The notes under the pieces were generated by a model. That model ran no database searches, had not been told where the DNA came from, and saw only the letters and a program-made list of their open reading frames with translations. Position numbers and translations under genes: made by a program. From NCBI GenBank assembly GCA_963838955.1, contig CAWISZ010000001.1, forward strand, positions 24,027-88,026: DNA of 64,000 nucleotides. Reading direction: 5' to 3'. Below are positions 1 through 8,332 of this stretch, one piece after another (the stretch's first letter is position 1; each line of letters starts with the position of its first letter). Origin of the DNA: an uncultured Thermoplasmata archaeon. Its GTDB lineage: Archaea > Thermoplasmatota > Thermoplasmata > Lutacidiplasmatales > UBA184.

Positions 1-56
1 CGTGTCGGTCCGGCCATCCTCGGGAACGTTTGAGACTGCCCGCGTCAGGTTCGCGG

Positions 57-491
57 TCAATCCTCGGGAGCCGGAGCGGACTGGCGCAGTCGCCGTACCG
101 ATTCCTTCAGGAGCGACCGCAACGCTTCGGGGTCCTTGCCGACGGACGCCCAGAACTCCCAGGAGTAGAGGATCAAACATTGGGATTTGGTCGCCGCCTT
201 TATGCTGGCGGTACGCGGCTCTTCGTCGAGCAGGGCCATCTCACCGAAGAACTGGCCCGGACCTAGGGTCGCGACGGTCTTGCCGGACTTTTCAACATTC
301 ACCTTCCCATCCACGATGAGATAGAATCGGATTGCTTTCTCGCCCTGCACTACGATGGTGTCCCCCGGGTTGTAGATCCGGTCGGTCGCCGTGGCGGCCA
401 GAGTATGCAGGAGCTTCTTACTGAGATGAGAAAACAGCGGAACCGCACTCAGCTGCTGCTTCACGGTGGCTATGTCCATCGGGCTCGACAT
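57..491 (-). CDS. Cyclic nucleotide-binding (cNMP/CAP-ED) domain protein
   Basis: PLFSHL...PGDTIVVQGE...FYLIVDGKV...LGPGQFFGEMALL...PRTASIKA is a canonical cNMP-binding fold. Start is ATG 491 (MSSPMD) or 479. Confidence 0.9.
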   Translation of the reverse strand: MSSPMDIATVKQQLSAVPLFSHLSKKLLHTLAATATDRIYNPGDTIVVQGEKAIRFYLIVDGKVNVEKSGKTVATLGPGQFFGEMALLDEEPRTASIKAATKSQCLILYSWEFWASVGKDPEALRSLLKESVRRLRQSAPAPED

Positions 492-779
492 TCGGGATCG
501 CTCCAATCCCGACGAGGTGTTCCGATAGATGAACCCATTGGAGGAGCCGGCCCTGCAGGGGGAGCGATGAGCCGCTGGTGGGTCGGCCAACGGTTGCTGC
601 GAGGGATTTAGGCAGGAAGCTCGCCGAATCTCACGAGGTCGTGGGCCGAATGCCCGGCTCAAACCCGGTTCTGGGTCTCGGGTATCGCGCCCTCCTGCCC
701 GGGAAGAATCCCCAGTGCCTTCGATTGTCCCTCACTGGTGAACGCAGTGTCAACTTCCGCTCCCGGTTCCCCGGGTACG

Positions 780-820
780 ATGCGGGCGTGGGCATTCGAT
801 CGTTACGGTCCCCCGGAGGG
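780..820 (+). pseudogene. N-terminal stub of a Zn-ADH/NADPH:quinone reductase-family gene
   Basis: MRAWAFDRYGPPE resembles typical MDR/QOR N-termini (MKAxxxxxYGPPEVL). The similarity ends at once, about 80 bp before the IS left end. Confidence 0.4.
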
Positions 821-900
821 GGAAGAGCGCGGAGACGAGCTCAACCTATTGGTCCGGCTTGGACCGAGCTCGCGACCCCGCGCAGCTTGGTGCAATGAAT

Positions 901-920
901 ATTCATGCGTTATCGGATAA
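901..920 (+). repeat. Left terminal inverted repeat of the IS4 element
   Basis: 17/20 match to the reverse complement of 2643-2662. Confidence 0.7.
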
Positions 921-1251
921 GCCCGGTCGGCGGGAGCCCATCTCTTCCGCGGAAGTGTCGATACGCGTCGATCCATTGACAGCCGGCGACCCGCTTCGTA
1001 AGCTCGATGTCCTGTAGCCGTACGCGGTACTTGTGCCCGTTCCGCTCGCAGATCGCGATCACCTCGAGCCCATGGCTCTCCTCAACTCCCAGCACGGTCA
1101 CCGCCTCCCCAATGACCCTCCCCGGGATTGGGAACCGAACATGCTCTTGGATCGCGTAGCATAGCCCCATCGCGACGTCCTCTTCGGTGTCGCAGTCCTG
1201 CTCGGCAATCGAATCGATCAGTCGCTCCAGCTCGGGATCCTTCCGGGCCAT
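910..1251 (-). CDS. CcbP-like (calcium-binding protein family) small protein, IS passenger
   Basis: DCDTEEDVAMGL...VRFPIPGRVIGEAVTVLG...WIDAYRHF matches the pattern I recall for the CcbP family. Its stop codon lies inside the left IR. Confidence 0.65.
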   Translation of the reverse strand: MARKDPELERLIDSIAEQDCDTEEDVAMGLCYAIQEHVRFPIPGRVIGEAVTVLGVEESHGLEVIAICERNGHKYRVRLQDIELTKRVAGCQWIDAYRHFRGRDGLPPTGLIR

Positions 1252-1306
1252 GCTCTTCTTCGAGTGGAGGCCGAGGGATTCATACCTCGTGCCCTAGACG
1301 TCCCGG

Positions 1307-2646
1307 GTGCGCGCCACCTCTCGAAGACCCGCGAGCCCGCTTCCCCCGACCCTTCTGCAGGATACCCTCCTCGAGCTCCACCCCTCCGAGGTCCGCACCC
1401 AGCTCGCCGAGCAGAGCGGGTTCATTCGCCGGTACCGTAAGGTCGACCCCGTAGCCTTCTTCTGGGCCGTCACGCTCGAGGCGGGCGTCTACCTCCAGCG
1501 TTCCCTCGACCAGCTTCGGCACGTCGACAACGAGCGGGCCGCCAAGCCGCTGCACTGCTACGCCAGCTTCTACGACCGATTCACCCCGGAGCTCGTGCAG
1601 TTTCTTCATCTCTGCGTCGCCCACGGTCTCTCTCAACTGAAGGCCGCTCCCGGGAACCGCCTCAGCCCGAAGCTCTTGGCGTTCGAAGACGTGCTGATCC
1701 AGGACTCCACGATCGTCCGGCTCTCGGCCTCCCTGATGACCCATTTCCCGGCCACAGGATCCACCCAGTCCGCCGCGGGGGCCAAGATCGCGACCTTGGT
1801 CAGTGTGCGCGCCAACGGGCCGAAGCGCGTGGAGTTGATGCCGGATAGCGTCAACGATCACGACACGCTCCACCTCGGGCCGTGGGTAAAGGGGTCGATC
1901 CTCCTCTTCGACCTCGGCTTCTACAAGCACCAGACGTTCCCCCGGATCGCCGAGTACGGCGGCTTCTACCTCACTCGACTGCAGCCTCAGGTGGATCCCA
2001 CCATCGTCCGGTCCCTTCGAGTCCATCGGGGACGCGCGATCGATCTCGAAGGAAGGTCGTGGAAGGAAGTGCGGCCCCAACTCCAGAGAGAGGTGATGGA
2101 TGTCGAGGTGGAGATCGCCTTCCCGCGGCGTCGATACCGCGGCCACCGTCGTGGGGACACGCTTACAACTCGACTGGTGGCGGTGTGGAATGAGGAGACC
2201 CGGAAGTACCACACCTATGTCACGAACCTCGGCCCGGAGGTGCTGAGCGCCGAGGACGTGGCGGAGCTGCACGGGTGCCGCTGGGAGATCGAGCTGGTGT
2301 TCAAGGAGTTGAAGAGCCAGTATGCCCTCGATCGTGTGAACACAACCAATCGGTCGGTGGCGGAGGCGCTGATCTGGGCCTCCTTGCTGACGTTGGTGGT
2401 GAGCCGAAGGCTGCACAGCGAGATCCGCTCTCGTTTACCGGAGGAGGTGAGAGTTCAGTATCCGCCGATGCGCTGGGGAATCGCCTTCCGAGAGCAGTCG
2501 GGGAGATTCTGGAACTGCTGATGAAGCGGCTTCGACGGAAGCATGTGGATCCCGAGCCCATGATGGAGCTCGCACGCACGCTGATGGCTCGAGCGTTAGA
2601 TCCGAACGCCGGCCGAGAGAGATTCAGGGCCGAGTGGTGGGGTTAA
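1307..2646 (+). CDS. IS4-family DDE transposase with an apparent 1-nt frameshift near 2500
   Basis: IQDSTIVRL, FDLGFY and RWEIELVFKELK DDE motifs. One extra G in the run at 2500-2503 joins the frame to ...ILELL...ALDPNAGRERF...TAA 2646. Confidence 0.9.
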
Positions 2647-2662
2647 GCGATAACACATGAAT
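2643..2662 (-). repeat. Right terminal inverted repeat of the IS4 element
   Basis: TTAAGCGATAACACATGAAT; contains the transposase stop codon. Confidence 0.7.
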
Positions 2663-2794
2663 GAATTTTGAGCCTCCGACCGCTCCCCACCCAAAAAGGG
2701 GAGAAAAACCACTCTCTTGCCGCAATCCACTCCCGAGGAGACGAGGTCATCGAGGGTCGAAAGGAATATGCCCGCCCCGCTCGATGGGAGAGCG

Positions 2795-3121
2795 ATGGTA
2801 GCGCGGACCACTCCGGAGGAAGTGGCCCGGCGGCTCGCAAAAGAGCCGGAATCGCTCTTGCTGCTGGACGTTCGAGAGGACGAGGAGCGGGCGACCGCCG
2901 TGATCGAGCCTTCGATTCACATCCCGATGAACGAGGTCCCCGAACGTCTCGCCGAGATTTCGCGGGATCGAGAGGTCATCGTCTACTGCCACCACGGAGC
3001 GCGGTCCGAAATGGTCGCCGGATTCCTGGAGGACGAAGGTTACTCGCGCGTGTCGAATCTCTCCGGTGGCATCGACGCGTGGTCCGCCCACGTTGATCGA
3101 AAGGTCCCCCGCTACATGTGA
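2795..3121 (+). CDS. Single-domain rhodanese/sulfurtransferase
   Basis: LLDVREDEE...HIPM...VYCHHGARS...NLSGGIDAW...VPRY. Alternative start at 2768. Confidence 0.92.
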   Translation: MVARTTPEEVARRLAKEPESLLLLDVREDEERATAVIEPSIHIPMNEVPERLAEISRDREVIVYCHHGARSEMVAGFLEDEGYSRVSNLSGGIDAWSAHVDRKVPRYM

Positions 3122-3279
3122 GGAACTTTCGGCCGAACCGGTCGGGTCACCGGTCGTGGGCGCTCTCCGTGCGCTAGGCATGTCCCCCCCGGAACGGTCC
3201 CTTCTCTATGTCCGCCCTCTCGTCTCCGGGAATGGGGAGCGTGGTGATCTCGTCGCCCTCCTCCGAGCGCCCATCGGTG

Positions 3280-3501
3280 ATGGCAGCCTCCGAGCGTCGC
3301 CAAGGCGACTGGGAACGCTACACGCGCGCGATCGGCTCGCCCAGGAGATCCACCAGGATGCGCCGCCTGCGCAAACTGCTCCGGCACTTGATGGGCCCCG
3401 AGCGGCGATATGCACGCCTCCCCGCGACCGCACCCGACGGCGAGCCGAAGGGTGGGCTTTCTGGGATGCGTCCCATCGTCAGCTTCGTGACGCTCCGGTA
3501 G
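3280..3501 (+). CDS. Hypothetical small basic protein
   Basis: Fills the gap between rhodanese and the wHTH gene. GGTGA overlaps the ATG. Arg-rich with no recognised motif. Confidence 0.35.
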   Translation: MAASERRQGDWERYTRAIGSPRRSTRMRRLRKLLRHLMGPERRYARLPATAPDGEPKGGLSGMRPIVSFVTLR

Positions 3502-3549
3502 GTCTCTATCGACTCCCCCACGGTCCAGGTCCCGGAACGTTGCGAGAGT

Positions 3550-3876
3550 TCAGCGACCCGAACCCGGCTCCGATTTACCCGAGAATGCCTCGGTGTACGC
3601 CCGCATCCGCCAGTACGTGTTCAGGAACTCCTGCCCTCGAACGGTGACCTCGTAGACCGTATGACCATCGGAGTCGCCCGACGAGAGCAGACCGAGCGCG
3701 ATCAGACGGTCGATCGATCGGCGGAGGCGGTCGACGGGCATCCCGGCCCCGTAGGAGATTCGAGTGACCCGCGCCCGCCCGTGGTGGCGCTTCACGACCT
3801 CGAGGATGGTCGCGTAGAGATCGGTCTGCTCGCGGCGACGCGCGCTCCCTGAACTCTCGCGCGACCGGTCCCACAC
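3550..3876 (-). CDS. Archaeal winged helix-turn-helix transcriptional regulator (HTH_45-like)
   Basis: RRREQTDLYATILE...TRISYGAGM...LIALGLL...YEVTVRGQEFL. Confidence 0.85.
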   Translation of the reverse strand: MWDRSRESSGSARRREQTDLYATILEVVKRHHGRARVTRISYGAGMPVDRLRRSIDRLIALGLLSSGDSDGHTVYEVTVRGQEFLNTYWRMRAYTEAFSGKSEPGSGR

Positions 3877-3894
3877 GGTTCGGGGCCTCCAGGT

Positions 3895-5112
3895 CTACAG
3901 AGGAAATGCCGGGAGATGGTCGACCTTCTGCAACGAGCCCCGGACCGATCCGGGGGTTTGCTCTGAGAACGATCGAGTGTACTGGACCTCGTCGGCGGTG
4001 GCGCCCCGCTCGAGAAGTATCTCCTCCGCGAAGATCCGGGTCGAGTGGGCGTCCCGTCCGAGCTCCACCGAACCGGCGTAGATATCCTCCGCTTCGGCGT
4101 CGGCCTCGAGGATCACTCGTTCCCCTACGAGCGGTCCGCGAGCCTTGGTCTTGCGGCCGATCCGGATCTGGCGGCCTTTGAGTCCTTCCGTCGTGCCCAC
4201 CGCCCCCCCGACCTCGACCTCTCCGGAGATGATGCCGCGCAAGGCCCGCATCGCCCCGCCTACCTCGAGGCGTCCGGCGGCGAGGCGCTCTCCGACCTCA
4301 AGCATTCCTCCGATTTCCACCGAGTCCTCGACCTCGAGCGATCGGCTCACGTCGAGTTTGCCTCCGACCTCGACCGACTGGCCGGTACCGTTGCCGCGGA
4401 TCGACCCGATCCCCCCGATCTCGAGCCGTGCGAAGTGCAGATCCCCGTCCGTGCGGAACACGCCTCCGATGTCGATGTTCCCACCCTTGGAGGGAGCACC
4501 GAGGCGCGCCTTCCCGCCCACGTCGAGCGAGCCAAAGGCGAGGGGGCCGGTGGCATCGATCGTCCCGCCTACCGCGATCGATCGTCGGATCTCTCCGCTC
4601 TGGAGCGAGATCCGGCCTCCGACGGCGAGCTCATCCAGTTCGACCGTCGCCAGTTCGGCCATCCCACCCACATCGAGCTTTTCGGCCTTGAGGGCTCCCC
4701 GGACGACGACCCTTCCTCCGACGGAGACGCGGCGCGCCGTGAGCGTGTCGCCACAGTCGAGCAAACCACCGATCTCGAACCGCTCGCCCGTGGCCGGACC
4801 GCGGACGACGAGCTCCTTGTCCACATCCACGTCACGCGCTCGGAGGGTCCCGTCGACTCGGATCGAGGACCGTTCGCCATCGAGGTCCTCCGCGACCGAG
4901 AGGCTCCCATGGATGAGCAGGATGGCATGGTCGGCCCGGAGCGACGCGCACTCGAAGTTCCCCGTGATCTCGGCGTCGCCGGCGAAGCGCGCGCGACCGG
5001 AGACCTTGACGAGACCGTCGGCCTCGATGTGTACGTTCTTGTCGACATCCAGATCGCCCTCGATGGTCCCCAACCGGACGCGGGAACCCTTGGGCACGTG
5101 TTGGCCGGCCAT
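3895..5112 (-). CDS. Long bactofilin/CcmA-like (polymer-forming) beta-helix repeat protein
   Basis: Twelve (V/I)GG motifs spaced about 16-18 aa apart, with alternating hydrophobic beta strands. No signal peptide or TM segment. Start ATG 5112 (MAGQHVPKG). Confidence 0.7.
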   Translation of the reverse strand: MAGQHVPKGSRVRLGTIEGDLDVDKNVHIEADGLVKVSGRARFAGDAEITGNFECASLRADHAILLIHGSLSVAEDLDGERSSIRVDGTLRARDVDVDKELVVRGPATGERFEIGGLLDCGDTLTARRVSVGGRVVVRGALKAEKLDVGGMAELATVELDELAVGGRISLQSGEIRRSIAVGGTIDATGPLAFGSLDVGGKARLGAPSKGGNIDIGGVFRTDGDLHFARLEIGGIGSIRGNGTGQSVEVGGKLDVSRSLEVEDSVEIGGMLEVGERLAAGRLEVGGAMRALRGIISGEVEVGGAVGTTEGLKGRQIRIGRKTKARGPLVGERVILEADAEAEDIYAGSVELGRDAHSTRIFAEEILLERGATADEVQYTRSFSEQTPGSVRGSLQKVDHLPAFPL

Positions 5113-5213
5113 GACCAACGGAAGCGGGGGGTAGGTAAAGGACTGCGTCACCCCCGGTGAGTCTCGGGCAGGTTCTCCGGCGAACGGATATGCATAGGAA
5201 CGGTCCGGCGCCC

Positions 5214-5921
5214 ATGCCGGATTCCCTGGCCGCGCTCCGGGCCGAGGTGGTCAGCTGCCGCCAGTGCCCCCGGCTCGTACGGTATCGAGAAGAGGTCGCC
5301 GTCGTACGCAAGCGTGAGTTCCGGGACGAGGAGTACTGGGGCAGACCCGTCCCGGGCTTCGGCGACCCGAACGCTCGGCTCGTCGCGGTCGGACTCGCGC
5401 CGGCCGCGCACGGTTCGAACCGGACGGGCCGTATGTTCACCGGGGACCGCTCGGCCGCGTTCCTCGTTCGGGCGTTCCATGCGGCGGGGTTCGCGAACCA
5501 GCCGACCTCGACCCGCCGCTCCGATGGGCTGCGCTACACCGATCTCTATCTCACGGCCGCGGTCCGGTGCGCCCCGCCGGGCAATCGCCCCGCTCCGGCG
5601 GAGAGCGCCCGCTGCCGTCCGTATCTGGATCGGGAACTTCGTCTGCTCTCCAACACCCGGGCCATCCTCGCACTCGGCTCGATCGCATGGGATGCGATCC
5701 GGGAAGCGGTCCCCGAGGTCTACGGCGCCGACCCGGTCCGAACGCCGTTCGCGCACGGCGCGGTGGCAACGATCGGTCCGGGCCAACCGCTTCTGTGGGC
5801 ATCGTACCATCCGAGCCCCCAGAACACCAACACCGGGAAGCTCACCTTCCCCATGCTCGTCGGACTCCTGACGCGGATCCGCGAGAGCTGGACGCCGGCT
5901 CCCGCCCGCCGCCAAAGTTAA
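5214..5921 (+). CDS. udgB: Uracil-DNA glycosylase, family 5 (UdgB type, Fe-S)
   Basis: CRQCPRL...YWGRPVPGFGD...GLAPAAHGSNRTGRMFTGD...RCAPPGN...YHPSPQNTNTGKLT. Confidence 0.9.
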   Translation: MPDSLAALRAEVVSCRQCPRLVRYREEVAVVRKREFRDEEYWGRPVPGFGDPNARLVAVGLAPAAHGSNRTGRMFTGDRSAAFLVRAFHAAGFANQPTSTRRSDGLRYTDLYLTAAVRCAPPGNRPAPAESARCRPYLDRELRLLSNTRAILALGSIAWDAIREAVPEVYGADPVRTPFAHGAVATIGPGQPLLWASYHPSPQNTNTGKLTFPMLVGLLTRIRESWTPAPARRQS

Positions 5922-5946
5922 TCGGCCGCCGGGGTCGCACGCACCG

Positions 5947-7881
5947 ATGGCGGAGTTCGAGCTGCTCGAGCGGGATGGGCTCGCGCGCATCGGCCGGTTC
6001 GACACTCCGCACGGCCGCGTCGAAACGCCCGTGCTCCTCCCGGTGGTCCATCCGGACCCGACCCGTCAGCCGGTATCGACCTCGGAGATCCGCCGGCGGT
6101 TCGGGCTCGGGGCCGTGATCACCTCGTCCTACATCACGTGGCGAACCCCGGCGCTGCGGGACGCCGCCGAGCGTGGCGGGATCCACGGCCTTCTCGAGTT
6201 CGACGGGCCGGTGATGACGGACTCCGGCGCCTTCCAGCAGCACGCCTACGGCCACGTGGAGGTCGGCCCGGAGGAGATTCTCGAGTTCCAGAATCGCATC
6301 GGCAGCGACATCGCGACCGTGCTCGATGTCTTCGTCGAGCCCGGCGTCGACCGCGCGACGGCGGAAGCCGGGGTCCAGAGCACGATCGAGCGGGCCCGCG
6401 CCGCCCGACGCGCACGGCCGGGCCTGCTCGCGGTCCCGGTCCAGGGCGGAGCGTTCGACGACCTCCGCGCTCGTTCCGCGCGCGAGGCGAGCGCGCTCGG
6501 GGACGTGCTAGCGATCGGCGGAGTCGTCCCGCTCTTCGAGCAGTACCGCTTCGCCGAGCTCGCCCGCGTGCTTGCGTCGACGCGCCCCCACCTCGCCCCG
6601 GGCCGAGTCGTTCACCTCTTCGGGACCGGCCATCCCATGACGTTCGCATTCGCCGCGCTGTTCGGCGTGGACCTGTTCGATTCCTCGGCGTACCACAAGT
6701 TCGCCCGCCGGGGCCGGCTGCTGTTCCCCGAAGGGAGCATCGCGATCGACGAGCTGCGGGAGCGGATCTGCCGCTGCGCGCTGTGCGAGGAGATCTCCCT
6801 CCCCGAAGTTGCGAGACTGGAACCCGTCGAGCGGGAGCGTCGGATCGCCGAGCACAATCTGCTCACCTCCGCCGCCGAGATGGGCGTGGTCCGCCAGGCG
6901 ATCCGGGATGGAACGTTGTGGGAGCTGGTCGAGCGAAGGGCGACCGCGCACCCGGCTCTCCGGGCAGGGCTCTTGGCCGTATTGGGACGGTCCGAAGTGT
7001 TCCTTCCCACCGAGCCGGCCAGCCGCCGGGCGTTCCGGGAGACCGGTCCCTCCAGCTACGATCGCCCCGCGGTACGATTGTTCCGGGAGCGCCTCGAGCG
7101 ATACGTCCGTGGGCTTCCGCCGGCGCGAACGCTCCCGCGGATCGCCCTCTCGCCCGACTACCTCTCCCGAGTTCCCCTTTCGACCCGGACAGGCGAGCCC
7201 GTTCGGTGGGAATCCGAGACCCCGTTCGGGCCGGTGCCCACTGAACTGTTGGAGCTGTACCCGATCGGACCGTGTCTCTCCGCCGTCGAGTTCGAGTCCG
7301 GGGGTCGCCGAACCCCCAGCGACCTCTCGGCGGAACTGCGAGGCACGAGGTCCGAGGAGTTCGATCTCGAGCGAGACTGGACCGAGGAGTGGACCGAGCT
7401 CGAGGTCCGGTCCCGACTGGTGTGGCAGTACGGACGCCCCTCGGCGGAGGTGCTCGCCCGCCAACCGCTCCGGGGCCAGCGCTCGCGACGCACCGGCCGG
7501 CTCCGAGGGATCGCCGCCGGGGAGGTTCCGGTCTTCCAAATCGGCAACGACGGACTTCCTCGCCCGTCCTTCCGGGGTGCCGAGATCCTTCGGACCGCAC
7601 TCTCTCCCCCGCGGGCACGCGTAGTGGTCCACGCGGACGCCACCGAGTTCGTGCGCGAGGGTCGAAGCCTCTTCTCGCGGTTCGTGCTCAGTGCCGATCC
7701 CGACCTACGGATCGGCGAGACCGGGATCCTGGTTGACGCGCGGGACGCGGTGCTCGCCGTGGGCCGGCTCCTGCTCGCTCCCCACGAGATGAACGACCTG
7801 CGACGGGGAGTCGCGGTACGAGTCACCGCGCATGCGAAGCGCCCGAGCGAGCCCGAAGAGACCGACCCCGACGAGGCTTAA
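5947..7881 (+). CDS. tgtA: Archaeosine tRNA-guanine(15) transglycosylase with C-terminal PUA domain
   Basis: RDGLARIG, TDSGAFQ, HLFGTGHP, DLFDSSAY, CRCALC..HNL Zn site, PUA tail (GVAVRV). Confidence 0.93.
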   Translation: MAEFELLERDGLARIGRFDTPHGRVETPVLLPVVHPDPTRQPVSTSEIRRRFGLGAVITSSYITWRTPALRDAAERGGIHGLLEFDGPVMTDSGAFQQHAYGHVEVGPEEILEFQNRIGSDIATVLDVFVEPGVDRATAEAGVQSTIERARAARRARPGLLAVPVQGGAFDDLRARSAREASALGDVLAIGGVVPLFEQYRFAELARVLASTRPHLAPGRVVHLFGTGHPMTFAFAALFGVDLFDSSAYHKFARRGRLLFPEGSIAIDELRERICRCALCEEISLPEVARLEPVERERRIAEHNLLTSAAEMGVVRQAIRDGTLWELVERRATAHPALRAGLLAVLGRSEVFLPTEPASRRAFRETGPSSYDRPAVRLFRERLERYVRGLPPARTLPRIALSPDYLSRVPLSTRTGEPVRWESETPFGPVPTELLELYPIGPCLSAVEFESGGRRTPSDLSAELRGTRSEEFDLERDWTEEWTELEVRSRLVWQYGRPSAEVLARQPLRGQRSRRTGRLRGIAAGEVPVFQIGNDGLPRPSFRGAEILRTALSPPRARVVVHADATEFVREGRSLFSRFVLSADPDLRIGETGILVDARDAVLAVGRLLLAPHEMNDLRRGVAVRVTAHAKRPSEPEETDPDEA

Positions 7882-7922
7882 GCGCCGCGACCGCATTCGA
7901 GTCCCGTACCGAGGGGCATACG

Positions 7923-8165
7923 ATGACCCGAACATTCCTATTGCTGGCGCTGGACAGCGAGGGCGCACCCTTTTCCGAGGTGGCCGATATACTCCAGGAC
8001 ATGGGGTTCCAGCGCGGATCGAGCGGGTACGACTTCGTCTACGACTGGGGCCACGAGGCCACGATCCAGGAATCCCTCGAGTTCGCCGATCGGATCCAAG
8101 CCTCGCTGCGGGGAAAGCGGGTCGGGTTCCGGGTCGAGTCGACCGAGGACTCGAACCCGGAATAG
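7923..8165 (+). CDS. Small hypothetical protein, probably conserved in Thermoplasmata
   Basis: Clean 80-aa ORF between tgtA and kae1: SEGA.FSEV...LQDMGF....GYDFVYDW. Confidence 0.7.
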   Translation: MTRTFLLLALDSEGAPFSEVADILQDMGFQRGSSGYDFVYDWGHEATIQESLEFADRIQASLRGKRVGFRVESTEDSNPE

Positions 8166-8332
8166 ATCCCTTCCTTCTCCGGTCGCTTCCGGCTCGACGA
8201 AGACGGCGTTCCTTGGATTCGCTGCGACGGGTGGACCGCGCGACCCCCCCCCGTGGACGGGCGTCTCTCGGGGCCGGCTGCACCGCGCGCGGGTTCGACG
8301 GGCTTATTCAGCCCCTCTCCTCCGAGACCTCG

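Larger units (their letters stand above)
901..2662 (+). mobile_element. IS4-family (ISH8-like) insertion sequence carrying a passenger gene
   Basis: Imperfect 20-bp terminal inverted repeats (ATTCATGCGTTATCGGATAA at 901-920; reverse complement of 2643-2662 is ATTCATGTGTTATCGCTTAA, 17/20 match) enclose an IS4 transposase and a divergent small ORF. GAAT flanks both sides (897-900, 2663-2666). Confidence 0.75.

Noticed and set aside
4200-4800. Periodic CCNCCGAC/CCNCCGAT DNA repeats about 51 bp apart, superficially CRISPR-like
   Set aside because: They are the codons of the (V/I)GG protein repeats on the minus strand, with no invariant repeat-spacer structure.
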